Of a stretch of 64,000 nucleotides of DNA, positions 11,929 to 25,085 are shown piece after piece. The notes under the pieces were generated by a model. That model did no database searches. It was not told the DNA's origin and saw only the letters and a list, made by a program, of their open reading frames with translations. This stretch comes from Camelus dromedarius (lineage: Eukaryota). Location: the NCBI RefSeq assembly GCF_036321535.1, contig NC_087436.1:27654001-27718000 (forward strand), read 5' to 3'. Position 1 is the first letter of the stretch, and every line of letters begins with the position of its first letter. Both the position numbers and the translations under genes were made by a program.

Positions 11929-14224
11929 TTAAATTTGTTTGCTTTGTTGTTTCTGTATTCCCTGTTCATATTTTACTGAACGGTAGATACACTAGAAGAT
12001 AGGAATATGCTGGGGAAGCCATTCCACAATATCTACTACAATTTTACTTTTATTTGTATATGTATTGTTTGTTTGTAAATTCTGTTGTAAATAGGGCTAT
12101 ACAGCAGTGTAGGACTAACATAAATTCTCCAGTCACATTGACTTGAAAGTAAGCAGTCACATGTCATCCTTGGCCACTAACTTGTGTGTATATATGTGTT
12201 ATAATTATAACAATACAGTATTGAAAATTACCATAGTATTGAAAATTTTAGAGCCTTTTTACAAAAATGATTCTAGATATTTTACTTATATACACTTTAC
12301 CTATGACTAGTGTGTGTATGGATGTGTGTATATGTAAAAATATGATATTGTTTAAATTTTCCTCAGCACTTAGCACAGTATCTGACTGACACCAGACACT
12401 CAGTAAGTATTTGTGGGATAACACTTTCAATGCCATATAAACTTTTATAACAGATTGACCCATTATTCCATTTGTTATAACCTATTTTTATGTTTATAAA
12501 CTCTTTAGATCTAAACAGTTAACACTATTGATTTGTGACATAGATATTAAGAAATGTGTTTAATCAAATAAATGACCCTTTTAGAAAGTTTCACCCCATA
12601 CAAACATTCCAGAGCAAACTGTATGTCTCATTATTCAATTTCTTTATTTTAAAATGCTTTCCATTAACAATTTTGCATTCTAAAATCTACTAATTATGTA
12701 TTGTAACTGATGATTGTGGATTTTGCTTATAGGCAGAATACTTTTCCTTTTTTCCTTGAATGGTTGCCAAGAGAAATCTAGCTCAAGTGATTATCTACGA
12801 GGAAATACTTGAGATTTCCTCTCTCTCCTAGATTTGCGTGGATGGTTATTTATAACTGGTGGTAAAGAGGAAAATTAGACTAATTCTTACCTCAATGCTA
12901 CTGATATTAAATTCTTCTGAAATGAGTATTTGTTGTGCTGATTGACAGCATGATTATACAAGATCTTAAGTAGCCATGATTACATTGTGAATCCTCATGT
13001 TTAATTTTTTTCCAGTGTTTTAAACTGCTGATAGCCTTCAAAATTAGTGAATGCTTACCAAAAAAGGCACTAGAATTAATTTATATGATTGAAAGACTTT
13101 CTAGAATTTTTTCTGAAATGTATCCCAGGACAGTTAATTATTTGATTGTACTTAACTACTGAAGAACTTCTAGGAATGTTTCTCTATTGTTTCATAGTGT
13201 TTCCTAATAGAAAGAAAAATAAGTTATAACATCTTTAAACATCTCTGATGTGTATTAAATAGAACATCAAATATTCAATGGCTAATCGAAAACAATTTTA
13301 AAGATTATTTCAAAGAGCTATACTGCTGTTATTTTCAAAATAGCAATCTATTTTTTAAACTTATTTAGTGGTTTTATACTGGTCACAAACAAACCAATGA
13401 ATTTACCTTGTCATTTTGCTATAACTAAGGTGCATTCATGTGAAAAAAAATTATAAAATTTTGATTTAACCAAGAAAAAATGTATTTGCTTATGTGTATA
13501 TATGTGGCTTTATTTTAGTACGATTAGTGTATGTGTATATATATCCAAATATATATGTATACACACACATATGTTTCTTAGCAGCTTTCCAGAACTACTA
13601 ATGTCTGTTGCAGAAATTCAGAAGAACATTGTGTCTTGGCCAAAATAAATGGTTTACTGGACTAAGGATCAACTCTAAGATATCCTGGCACCACTGAACA
13701 TGCACAACCTGACAACAGTGACTTAGCTTTTCCTACAAAAATGTATTAAAGATGATTGTGGTGAGGTTGTGTGGTTTGCATTAGATCTTTTTAAAGTCTT
13801 CTTGAATTTTCACCTTTGTGTTTTCCTAACCATCCAAACACCATTTCCTTCTTTCCTCTGTTTCATTACATTTTTATTTTCACAGTTGTAAGTGCTTGAT
13901 ACAGTTATTTCTTTTTTCTTACTTAAAATTCTTTAGAATCAAAATAAACACATACAACTCCATGTTTGTAATATTTTTATATCTGCTCAGACTGTTTAAT
14001 TTTGGGTATATGTTGATTTAATTTTATTAGATACTTCTTGAAGCCATTCTCTGACTCAGAAGGACAGAATTACTGAGGACATAAAATATATGTGCATTCC
14101 AGAGTATTCTCTCTGTTTTTGTGTTTTCCACCTATTAACAGCTATACTGAGTCTTTTCAGTGATTTTTTGAAGAATTTATTTGCAGTGGTCTGCAGGTAA
14201 TTATTCTTTTCTCTTACTGATTTA

Positions 14225-14730
14225 AATTTAGCATAACATATGCTGGTTTTGAGTAACAGGAATAAGGAGGCATTTGAGTGATGGATGGAAGGTAAGCACT
14301 GTTTAGACAGGCAGAGGTGAAACAGGGAGAGAATTCCAAGTGGTGGGAAAGCAAAGGCTGAAACACAGAGGACTATTCAGATCTTAGAAAACAGGCACTA
14401 ATTCTTAGGATGCTGTTGAATACATATGGTTAAAGATTTCTTTGATCAGATTTTAAATATTTTTATTTATCTTGTAGCCAATTATGAGCTAATTAAGATT
14501 TTTTTGAATGTGAGAAATGTAATCAGGTTCATGCTTTAAAATTATTAATATAAATATGAGCTAAAACACACCATATTAGGGTAAGAATCAAAACAGACAA
14601 ATAGGTTAGTCAAGGAATGAAATGTTCTTGAGGAAAGTTAGGGAAGCCCTGAAATGAGGACAGTAGAGAGAATAAGAAGAGAAGGTGGAAGGTGATTCTG
14701 AAGTGTCAGGTCTAGATGACTGAGAAAACA
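14225..14730 (-). mobile_element. L2 fragment
   Basis: Purine-rich antisense L2-like motifs 'ggagagaattccaagtggtgggaaagcaaaggctgaaa' and 'ggtgattctgaagtgtcaggtctagatgactgaga'. Confidence 0.55.
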
Positions 14731-14864
14731 AAATTTTTTAAATGTTTCTAGAATTCTGTGCTTCTATGATTAAATCAATAATGAGTACATTAATTTTCAA
14801 ATTCAAAATGACCTAGAAATATAGATACAATATAGAACTAGAGTTAAGAAGACAAGTGAGGCCA

Positions 14865-15325
14865 TAATTTGCAGCAACATGGATGGACCTGGAGATTGGC
14901 ATTCTAAGTGAAGCAAATCAGAAAGAGAAAGAAAAATACCATATGATATCACTTATATATGGAATCTAAAGAAAAGATAAACAAACTTATTTGCAAAACA
15001 GAAACAAGCTCCTAGACACAGAGAACAAAATTGTGGTTACCAGGAGGTGGGAAGAGGGTGGGATGGGATAAATTTGGAGTTCGAGATTTGCAGATACTAA
15101 CTAGTATATATAAAATTGATAAACAACAAGTCATACTGTATATAGCACAGGAAACTATATTCAATATATTGTAGTAACTTATGGTGAAAAAGAACATGAA
15201 AATGAATATATGTATGTTCATGTATGACTGAAGCATTGCGCTGTAGAACAGAAATTGACACATTGTAAACTGACTATACTTCAATAAATATACATACAAA
15301 AAATAAAATAAAATAAAAAATAAAA
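14865..15325 (+). mobile_element. Young lineage-specific L1 3' end (end of ORF2, 3' UTR, A-rich tail)
   Basis: 'tttgcagcaacatggatggacctggag' encodes FAATWMDLE of the L1 ORF2 C-terminus. It is followed by the 3' UTR, AATAAA and an (AAAAT)n tail. Confidence 0.93.
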
Positions 15326-17344
15326 GCAAGAAATCATTTATTTTTTCAGCTGACAACCTTTAATGACTGCTTTTTGTTCCCCACTACACCAGAGATGAAC
15401 TAGACACAGCCCCTCTCCTTGCAGCGTCTAATGGAATGGGTATCCTATTAGGCGAAACCAAAGTAATTTCAATGGAAATGTAACAAACCTAGGATGGCGA
15501 CCTCATAGGGATCCCCATGTGGGCTTGATTCTATCCATGGGCTCCATAACCAACAGGAAATATTTATGCAAATCATCAGATATACATTATCCTAGTGAGG
15601 AGATTCATCATTTTTGTCAGCTAATGATATTATATCATACTTCCCTCTCAAAAATTTCTAAGATAAATTAGAATTTAAAAAAATGAAAGTTTTGAAGACA
15701 GTACTTGTGGTCATCAATATATGGAATGAAAAAAATAAAGACCAAAGAAAATATCATCTGAGGCTAAAAACCCCAAATGTATTATATTTCCCTTGAAATT
15801 ACTTTAGTAATAAGGCTAGCAAGCTCCTTGTCAATTTGTTCATTGATTTGAAGCTACATCAGCTCAGAGCAAGATCCACTTTCTTGCTGAAATTTTAATT
15901 TTAATTCATCCTTCCAGTGGGAGTAACTTTTTCCACACCACACTAAGGTGTTTAGGTTTCTGCTATGTTGGCATCCCAGTTCTGGGTTTCAGTTTCTGTA
16001 GTAATTGTGTATTGCTGTATACAACCACTGGAAACCTTCTGCTTTAAAATAGGCTTGATCTTGTTAGCACGACATGTGTTCTTAAGGCACTTTCAAAGTT
16101 TTTATCAAATACTAGAGAAACATTTCAGGTTTTTGAAGCTTGCAAGCCCTATTCCATATCAGCAACCCTTTGTATCTTCTGAGGGAAAAAACACAGCTTA
16201 AAATGGAGGCTCTGCAATCATTACGTCTCTGTGCTGTTCTACCTCTAATTGAAAACATCACCTTCTGTCAATAGCCTTTTTGGCATATATACCAAAATCT
16301 AAAACATACAGTTATTTTTATAGTAAAGGAGACAATTTCTCACGGGTATGTAAAATAGTGTATGCTATCCTCCCTTGGACACAACATTTATACCCTTAAG
16401 TTCAATCAAAATTTAACGACAGGAGATAAAACACCACCATCACCACAACTACCACCAGATTTACTTGACAATGGACACTGAGATGTTTTATTTGGGCTGG
16501 ATTTTGTTTGGATTCTTTTTTGAATTTTTGTTTTGTTTTGTGTGCGTGTGAATCTCGATTTCCAAGGACGTCATCCTCCTTCCTCGTGAAGACATCATCA
16601 CAGCCTGCTTAGCTTTTCACCTATTACCAGACTGCACTAAATAGAAGTCTTGTATATTCTTCCACGTTACAAGAGAAGTATTATTGTGATTGCTTTATTT
16701 AAGAAGTGTATTTTGATAGGGTGGGAAACATTTTCAAGACCTACTACAGTATGGGAGTGTCTCAGGAGAATGGAGGAGCATCACGCAGGAGGTGTAGCAG
16801 CTCTAAGTGCTTGGCGACTAGGGTGTGGTCAGGACCCACCTATGCGTGCGGATGTCACATAGAACAACGGCAGAATTTGCAATTGGGAAGAAGACTGTGG
16901 CGAGTGCAAAGTGTTCACTGAAAGGAAGAGGCTGAAAGGGGGTGGAGAATATGGATGAAAATGGTCACAGAAATTTGTGGCCAATGGCTGAAGCCTCTAA
17001 GAAGAAGGTTATTCCCGAATCACAAAAGGGTGGGAGAATGGTGATCTAAAGTCAGTGTGGGCAAGAGCTTGAGGTCTGTGTATGTTGATGCTACCTGAGG
17101 ACCTGCATGTTTCTTCATATCACTCTGACTACAAACCACTTCCACCTACACATCCAATTTCAATCTGCCCTTTTCGTTGTTAATGTTTTAACAGCTGCTC
17201 ATTTGTTTTAGAGTAAAGGACAAACACTCCATGTTTTAATTCGTTAAATAAACTAAACTAACCCTCATCTGAAGGCATTTTCATAGGTTTCCTATACTTA
17301 TCACACTTTCCCACATCTTTTCTCCAATGTGTGTTTCACATCTC

Positions 17345-17625
17345 ACTGTAAACACTTATTTTTTTTTTCAGGAGGCATTTCTTGACTTCTTAACAAGATG
17401 GGGCCCTTACGTTATCTGTCACGAATACACTGGTACTTTCCTCATCCTGACACTCATCACACTTTATGAATATTACTAGCTTAATATTTTTGTTCTCTTA
17501 AGAACTCTAAGCTCTCTGAGAGCAGAGATCATGTGAGTCTGACTCAAGATGTGCCCTCACTGCTTAGCACAAGAACTGGTACAGAGAAAAAGTGCGATAA
17601 ATATTTATGAAAGAATAAATGAATT
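17345..17625 (+). mobile_element. L2 3' end
   Basis: 'aagctctctgagagcagagatcatgtgagtct...tgcttagcacaagaactggtacagag...ataaatatttatgaaagaataaatgaat'. Confidence 0.8.
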
Positions 17626-20367
17626 ACTGATGCTGATTTAAGACACATTGGAAGACTAAAGTACTTTCTGCTGAACAGAGGAAAAATGCATGTATGAAAA
17701 TAGGAAAACAGGGTAACATTAAGGAGTAGCAGGCAGGGGGGAAGTAAAAAACTGAGTACTAAGAGAACCCCAAACTGGTGACTCAGGTTACTAAAGGGAA
17801 AAGAGTCACAAATGCTTATTCTGACATGCTTCAAAAAGTGATATGTCTCTTCTTAAATACAGGATAAACAATAACAACAAGACCAGAGAGGCTCAATCTA
17901 CAGCCATAGGAGAACAATTGTTTGCAAGCCCTCAGATTGCAAACCCCTCTTCACCTTACCTGTGATTCAACAATGACTGACAATTCTCTGTAATCATAAA
18001 GATGGGCTCAGTTTTATATTTGCTGTTTCCCATTTGAACACACCTGTTTTTCACATTGTCTCTGTCCTCTGACATAAGTACCAATCACTATGTTAGACCC
18101 ATATCCACTTGTCGAGCTGCTTACAGGAATTGTGGTTTGAGCCCTGGGATCACAGCAGCACTCAAATAACCTCAAGGACAATGTAGATTCCTGGTACTGA
18201 CAGCACAGTTTCTTCTCTTCCTTAGCTAAATCCTCCTCTGTCTTTCCTCACAACAAAGCATGTTAATCTAAAATATTGTATTTTTTTGTAAACTGCACAA
18301 TGATTTTTCCCTCCAGTGCTGATTCTTCTTTCTGGGACAGATTGAAGGCATTCAAGTGCTGAGTTGTGCTAACAGCATATCCGAAAATGGAAGATTTCAT
18401 TAGTATAGAAACTGAAACTCATCAGTTTCTAAGAAAATTTCAGAAATGCGAAACGCAAAAGCTGCTTGAAAGTGAAGGAGGGGAGAGAGAAATAAAAGAA
18501 CAAAGAGATCAAAATAAAAGCCAGTGGGCAGATGAGCGAACCCTGTGATCACTTATTGATCATATTGTGATTAAGATAGAAAAATAGATTTTTTTTCAGG
18601 TCCAGCAATATGCATTTGCAAATAACTTTGAAAGTCAGTACAAAAGTTAAAAAGGAAAGAGTAGTGATTCTTGATTCTCCTTACTGCTTGGTTCTGTACT
18701 CCTGATGTGTGAGAAACCTAATGGGTCCTTGGGGCAAAGGGGAGATGCTATTCTTTTTCCATTCAGGGCACTGATTCCTGGAGAATCAGTGTTGAAACCA
18801 GGTACCAAAATATTACCATCCCTCCGCATCTATAGAATCATTTCAAATGACCACTGTATGGGCGTGGTTGGGTAGAATCAGACTCAGAATCTGCACAATA
18901 AAGTGTATCTACATGAAATTATTAACCAAGGTTAAGATTTCCATTGCTTTAAGAAAATAAATCAAAAGGTCTCTAAATTTGCTAATTTTGCTATTGAGAT
19001 TCATAGAAGCATAGAATTTGTGGCTGTACAGAACTTTGTAAACATCTGGTCAAGCCTTATGAGAGGACACATGACAGGTCACACCCTCAGCAGCCGAAGC
19101 TTTGGAAGACTCTGATGTTTGATCTTTAGGCTCCTGCTTTCCTGTATTATTCACATTTCCCTCCCTGGAGCTGTCACTCCCCATGCAGTCACCTCTCTTC
19201 TTTTATAGAAGCTCTTTGTTTAATGACTTTCTGCGTGGATTCCTAGTCCTTACACACATGTCTTTTTCCTCAGTAATTGAAAACTCCTCTGAAATTAGCT
19301 CACACTAGTTTTTATTTCATCAAGACTTTGGGAGTTCTCATTCAACCTGCTCCTTCTACTCCCACAAGATCAGACACATTACTGATATATCTGGCTACCT
19401 GAACATTTCTTCATGAACCACTACTGTGTGTTATCCCCGAAAGACACAAAAGCAGATGCCCACTGAGGCTAATGGCAATGGCATTGATGAAAAGTGCCAT
19501 AGAACTTACTGACGAGAAGTTAACTTCTGACTGGATGTCATCATGCTCAGGAAGAAATTTAGGAGAACCACAGATGCCCGTTAGCCTTGGGGGATGCCTA
19601 CGTTTAGAGAAAAGGAATAGAAAAGAAGCAATTTCAAAAGCCCAGAAAATGCTAGAAGAGAAATGGTAAAAGGTAAATATATCATGAAGGCATTCAAAGT
19701 TGAGGGAGTGTTTGAAAACATAGTGATATTAAGTCCTATCAAAGCTTCAGAGTAAAGAAGAGAGCTCAACAATTCCATGGGTCATTTTTAGCACATTTTT
19801 GAATCTCATATGGCATAGATGTGTGCCTATTTTATCAGCTTTTAAGTCTAGAATTTTTTTTTTTTTTTTTTGCTTTAGCTTCCAATTTTCCTTCTCATTA
19901 TCAGCCTCCCATGTATGTTCAGCCAGCGGATTAATGTTTCTGAGACAGTTTTTTCACATTCCATCTTCCCCGGGTGCTTAAAGCTTTCGTGGAGTTCTCC
20001 AGCTGCGAACCCCAGAACACTTGTACGAGAATCTCCCAACGTGTGGTCCTGGCTGAAACATCAAGTACCTGGTATCTCCCATGATGGGGCATATCCTCGT
20101 GTCTTCTTTCAATGATATCTCTCTGAAACCTCTCCTGATCTGTCCCCCCACTGTAATTTGCATCACATTCCCTCTTCTCCTTGGGTCCATTTCAGTGATG
20201 CTGGGAAGACGCAACGTCCACTGAACGCACGCTACTTTGTCCGTAGAGCTAATCGAACGAATGTTACTCACTTCAAAGTGGAAATGCTGGGGGTTGGAGG
20301 CAGCACGTAAAGCCTCTGGCAAAGCCGATTCTCAGCAGAAGCTCAGCAGCCTACGAACTCTTTCACT

Positions 20368-21042
20368 CGTTAGGACCAAATACAAATTGAAAATAAGAAG
20401 CTTAATTCTCCCTGTTGAAAAATAAAGGAAGAGACACACCAACTCCCTTTTCTGAAGGTATTTACTTTAGGAAACTTGTCATTATAAGTTCTTTGTCTCT
20501 TTGAAATGTATGGGAATCTTTTTTAAACGCTAAAATAAATCTCTTGCTGAATTTACAACCCAGAAAATGTCTTTCTCAAGGACCATCTCTTTGTACTGTA
20601 ACCATCAAAGAAGAAAGAGCTCCTGTCTCCCACTTTCTACGGGAGGGTAAGAGCCTAACTTCAACAGGCGCCTCCCTCCAACTTGCACAGTGACCTCTTG
20701 TTATAAAGATATGAGAAGTTTATGTTTCCTTTGAATGAAGCTAATTAGCGAACACAATGGGCACCTCAAATATCAGGTGTGTCAGTGCCCAGCGGTGCTG
20801 CTACTGTCTTTAACTTGAGGTCCAGTTACTATTTATCGTAAGAACATGTGTGTAATAGGTCCTACCTGCTGGCGTCGTGTGAGACTGCTTTGTTTTGGCA
20901 GAATCAGTGGATTGCTTCTGATGAGCCTCACATTCTGGTTTAATGCTCCTTCATAATAAAATTGTTTTCTTTCTCTTTTACCTCTGGATGTGCTTTCTAG
21001 GTTGTGAGGAGATTTTGTTTCTAATTGCATTTTCTCCACACA
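20368..21042 (+). mobile_element. Solo ERV1-class LTR (MER67-like by recall)
   Basis: 'gcttaattctccctgttgaaaaataaaggaagaga', 'cctgtctcccactttctacgggagggtaagagcctaacttc', 'ataaagatatgagaagttt'. AATAAA at 20955-20960, CA end, and tentative TSD tcact/ttact. Confidence 0.7.
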
Positions 21043-21044
21043 TT

Positions 21045-21410
21045 ACTGAAAAAAAGATCTTAGTACTTATCCTAATAAATTTAACAACAAAAACAACAAC
21101 AAAAGTAGTGAAAACCAAAAGTAGGAAAGAACAACAATAAAAATAAAAGCTGAAATTAGTGAAAAAGAAAACCACTAAATGAATTTGAAAGACAAATAGA
21201 TCCAAAAGTTCATTCTTTGGTGTGAAGAACAGAATAATGTCTTTTAAAATTAACAAAAAGGAAAGAGAAAAATACTAGATTAAAATGAAAATGTAACATT
21301 CAAACATATGGAAGACTATAAAATAATTAAAAGAAAATATGTTTTTTACTGTATGAAAATACATTTGAAATCTCAAGGATATCGATAGTTTCTTTAAGCA
21401 TTTTACACTT
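21045..21410 (+). mobile_element. Old L1 ORF2 fragment
   Basis: Very A-rich 'aaaccaaaagtaggaaagaa...ataaaagctgaaattagtgaaa...ccaaaagttcattctttg', like L1 ORF2 after the endonuclease domain. Confidence 0.6.
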
Positions 21411-21704
21411 GCATTGTGTCTTCCAAAACCAGGCATTTGAGGAGTAGCTTTCTTCTTCACAAATCAATTAACTTTCTTAAATTAAGATACAGACATTAAT
21501 TTAATGAACATCCACTCCCACAGTTGCACTGACAGCTCCGACACTCCTAAGGTAGGGATCTAGAGTGATACTTGCCTGGGAAGCCCAAGGCGAAATGGTT
21601 CACCATCAGGCTCCCCTGGCATCGCCCTTGTGCCTAACGGAAATTACAATTCTGATTTGAGCTGGGAACTTTGTTAGCTTGAGGGAATAAGGCAAAAGGG
21701 TAAA

Positions 21705-21930
21705 GATATAAGCACATATTTATTAAATCTCAACTCTGTTATCAAGTGCTGTTTGATATACCCTTTCATGTAAATTAATTCATTTAATTCTCACAGCTGG
21801 ATATACTATATACTTTTCATTTTTTTCAGATGCAAAATGGAGTTTGAAAGAGTATAACTTTTCAAATTACACACAAAAGGTAAAATTCTCACCTAGCATG
21901 ATTCACAGCAAAGACCACTCTCTTTTCTGT
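21705..21930 (-). mobile_element. MIR SINE
   Basis: 'atttattaaatctcaactctgttatcaagtgctgtt...aattcatttaattctcacag...ttttttcagatgcaaaatggagtttgaaagag'. Confidence 0.6.
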
Positions 21931-22154
21931 TGTGAACATTACACCTTATTTGGGGAAAGGTGTTAAATTCATTCATCAGCTTCACATTTGGTTTACTTAC
22001 CTTCTTGGATTTGATTGCTCCAAAGTTATTTTCAAACTGATACTGTTACCAAACATGTATTGTGTTAAGTAAAAAATCTTACACAAGGACAAAACTGGAA
22101 AAGGGAGAATTTAAGAGAAAAAAAAAAAAAGTCGGGGGAGGATGTGTAAATATA

Positions 22155-22720
22155 TATCCATTAAACAAATATTTACTGAGTACCTATTCTATCGCAAGGT
22201 AAAAGGACAGACAGGAGTCCTGAAACAATGAAACATTTATCCTGTGGTGGTAGATATAATAAACTAGCAATCAAATGAATAAAGAAAGTAATTTCAAATG
22301 CTCATACAATTTTAAAAGGAGTTGGGGGGGCACGGATAATGTAATCAACTGCAGCAAGGGTGAAGGAGGGGGTGATAATATATAGTGAAATGTCAAAGAA
22401 GATTTCTAAGATGAGTTGACCTTTGAATTAAGACCTGAATGAAGAGAAGGAATTAGTTTTGCAAATACAAGAGTAGGAGGGAGTATAAAGATAAATAGGA
22501 AAGCCAGTGCAGAAGACCTGGGTCATGATCTAACAGATAAAAGCCTGTGAGGCTGGAGTAGGTTTTGTGAAGAAGCTCTGATTTTACTCAACTCTATGAA
22601 GGTGGCTAACTGATATCGGAGGGGAACTGCTGGATAGAGTAGAGAGGCGGCAGAGGTGGTGGTAACTCTTACTACCATGCAAGTGTCAGCAGAGTTATGG
22701 AAACACTCTCTTGATGTTGG
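22155..22720 (-). mobile_element. L2 3' end
   Basis: Begins 'ccattaaacaaatatttactgagtacctattct', continues with 'tttgaattaagacctgaatgaagagaagga'. Confidence 0.8.
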
Positions 22721-23549
22721 ATTGTGCTGGCCATACACAAGCTTCATGGGCATATTTGCTGTATGTGTGGGTCTTCAAGATTTATTTAGTGATGCCTTGA
22801 CTTTTGCCTAATGATTAAGTCATTGTCTACATCTTCCACAAACTACCTCAGGTCCCCTAAGTCAAAAAATGTACGCAAATACTGGCATGCCACAGATCTG
22901 CATCTGTGTTTCTCTTATGGCTAATTTCTTCCATTGTGTTTTGAAATTATTTGGATGGATATTAAATACTCTCTAATTTTTCAGTTCCTTCAGAGTTGAC
23001 AACATCTTATTCATTTGATGAGTTTAATACATACTAGATGAATATACATACTATCATAAAATACTTGTCATTTTTAGCTGATTGAACTTTCACATTTCAA
23101 CCTGGAAACACTTGTGGGCTTTCTCCATAGTATTCTATTTTTGAAAGACTTCATTTAGGGCAAGAATACTCAAAATTACAAATTATGAAATAGACAGAAA
23201 TACTAAGATTTTATCATTGTAACTAGACAACTCAGTCACTGGGGCATTTTCTTATTTTTTTCCCTTCTAGCTCAATTTCTAAAATCAAAATTTGTGTAAA
23301 GAAGCTACTTTCACAAGTCAAAATCCCAGTGTTACAAATTTCCACCTGGCACAAAAACTTGCAAGGGAAAAAATGCACACTGGACAATGCTGTGCATTAT
23401 TAGGACTCAATGTTATAAAAAGGATGCACCAAGCAGGAAACCCCAGCATTGCACTGATGTAGATCAGTCTCTTATTTTCATTACAGTATACTTCAAAAAT
23501 CTTCCAATTTCTCTGATGTTATCCCTTGAAGGGAAGCAAGTCCTCAGGG

Positions 23550-23588
23550 TAAAGCTCATATCATTAGATAAAGCTCATATCATTAGAT
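23550..23588. repeat. Perfect 19-bp tandem duplication
   Basis: TAAAGCTCATATCATTAGA at 23550-23568 and 23569-23587. Confidence 0.97.
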
Positions 23589-24609
23589 CAGGGCTTTGAT
23601 GTGAGCTTTTTATTCCCTGCCACTTTGTCAACCTTTTCAGTACCTGAGTTTATAAAATTGCACATTAGGAACGGCTAAAACTTGGCTCCAGAGAGATACA
23701 ACAAAATGAAACTGTTATGCTTATTGCCTTCAGGGCAGATGCTGCCTTAAAGATAACATGTTGTGTATCAGTCACAATGGGACTCAGGGTGTGGGCACTG
23801 GACAAAGAAGTTCTGTCCTGAAGTGCTGTTTCTGGATTTCCAGTTTCAGGTAAAGTCCACAGCATACTCTGTAGACTCACTTTTATCACTGCAGTAAGAA
23901 TTCACCAGCTGTGGTTCAGTACAGGACATGAAATGTTATTTATTATGATGCCCACATCTAGTCAACACACTGAAGAGTATGGCAAATTATTGGCCAAGAC
24001 CGTCATTGGCTATATTTGCCATTATAGACTCTTAGACTCCTTAACAGCCATTATGTGTTCAATTATGTTCTCCTTCTTGAGAAAAACGAATGCAAATAAA
24101 AAGCGCTAATGTTGGTAAGTCAGTCCCATGTAGATATGCCACGTGTTCATATCCCTTAGAGTATAAGTTTCACATTATTGCAACAAATAAACTATGTAAC
24201 CCTTGGCAACTCACAGTGATACATTTTTCTCAAAAATTGTGCGCTTGCTATTTGATGTTGCTACTAAAAGTTAGACAGGGGCATGTCTGTTATTAGTGCT
24301 GCCTCAATGGGATAATAGAATGATGATTGTATGTTGTCATTGCTAATTTATCCTATGCCAGGAGATGTTAAAAGAGGGGACAGAATCCATTGCAAGCTTG
24401 AGGGGAAAAAAACAGATTATAGGGGAAAAAATCTGTGTTGACTTCCTTAAACGAAGAGGGAAGCTGATTTTCTATATTGTATAGATATATGATAAATAAA
24501 TGCCAAGTGCTGTATAAATGTAATGATATATGTAATGGTGAAATATATATTATTTTTAAAGAAATGGGAATAAGCTGAGACCAATCTTGAAGACATCCGG
24601 TGTCATGAA

Positions 24610-25085
24610 ATTTCTTCCCAGATTCTCTGGCCTCTACTTACCTCTTTCCTATTTGTTTCATGCTCTTTTCCACTTTCTTCATTCACTCTACTACAGCCTC
24701 ACATATCTTTTATCTGTCAGATCATTCCCCAGGACATTTGTGTTGACTTTGCTATTTATTCTTGAGCTCTCTGCTACCCATATATTTATAAGACCAGCCC
24801 CTTCTTTTTATCCATGTCCCATCTAAAAATCTTTATTTCATTTAGAAACTCCACAATCAATAGTACATACTCTCCCACCCCAGGTGCACTCCATCTGATA
24901 CTCCTGCAATGAACAAGGCAGAAAGTCCCTTAACTCATGGAGCTTTTATCATATTGAAGTAGAAACAATACATCAGTAATCAAATGAATAAGGAACATAA
25001 TTTCAGGGTTTTGTGCAAACTTTAAAAAGATGAAGCAGGATAATATGATCGAGTTCAACAGTGATGGGAAGACAGGGTGTTCATA
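24610..25085. mobile_element. Two abutting L2 fragments of opposite orientation (plus to about 24905, minus after)
   Basis: Pyrimidine-rich 'ccccaggacatttgtgttgactttgct' switches abruptly to 'caatgaacaaggcagaaagtcccttaactcatggagctt'. Confidence 0.6.

Noticed and set aside
11606..12002. Overlapping ORFs with YIYIYI repeats
   Set aside because: These are translation artefacts of the (AT)n microsatellite.
18366..18548. Charged, exon-like 60-aa ORF (MEDFISIETETHQFL...)
   Set aside because: No recognisable homology or clear splice boundaries. Purine richness explains the composition.
22200..25085. Similarity of 22260-22300 and 24970-25010 ('aatcaaatgaataa...taatttca') as a local duplication
   Set aside because: Both are the same region of antisense L2, so shared ancestry is sufficient.
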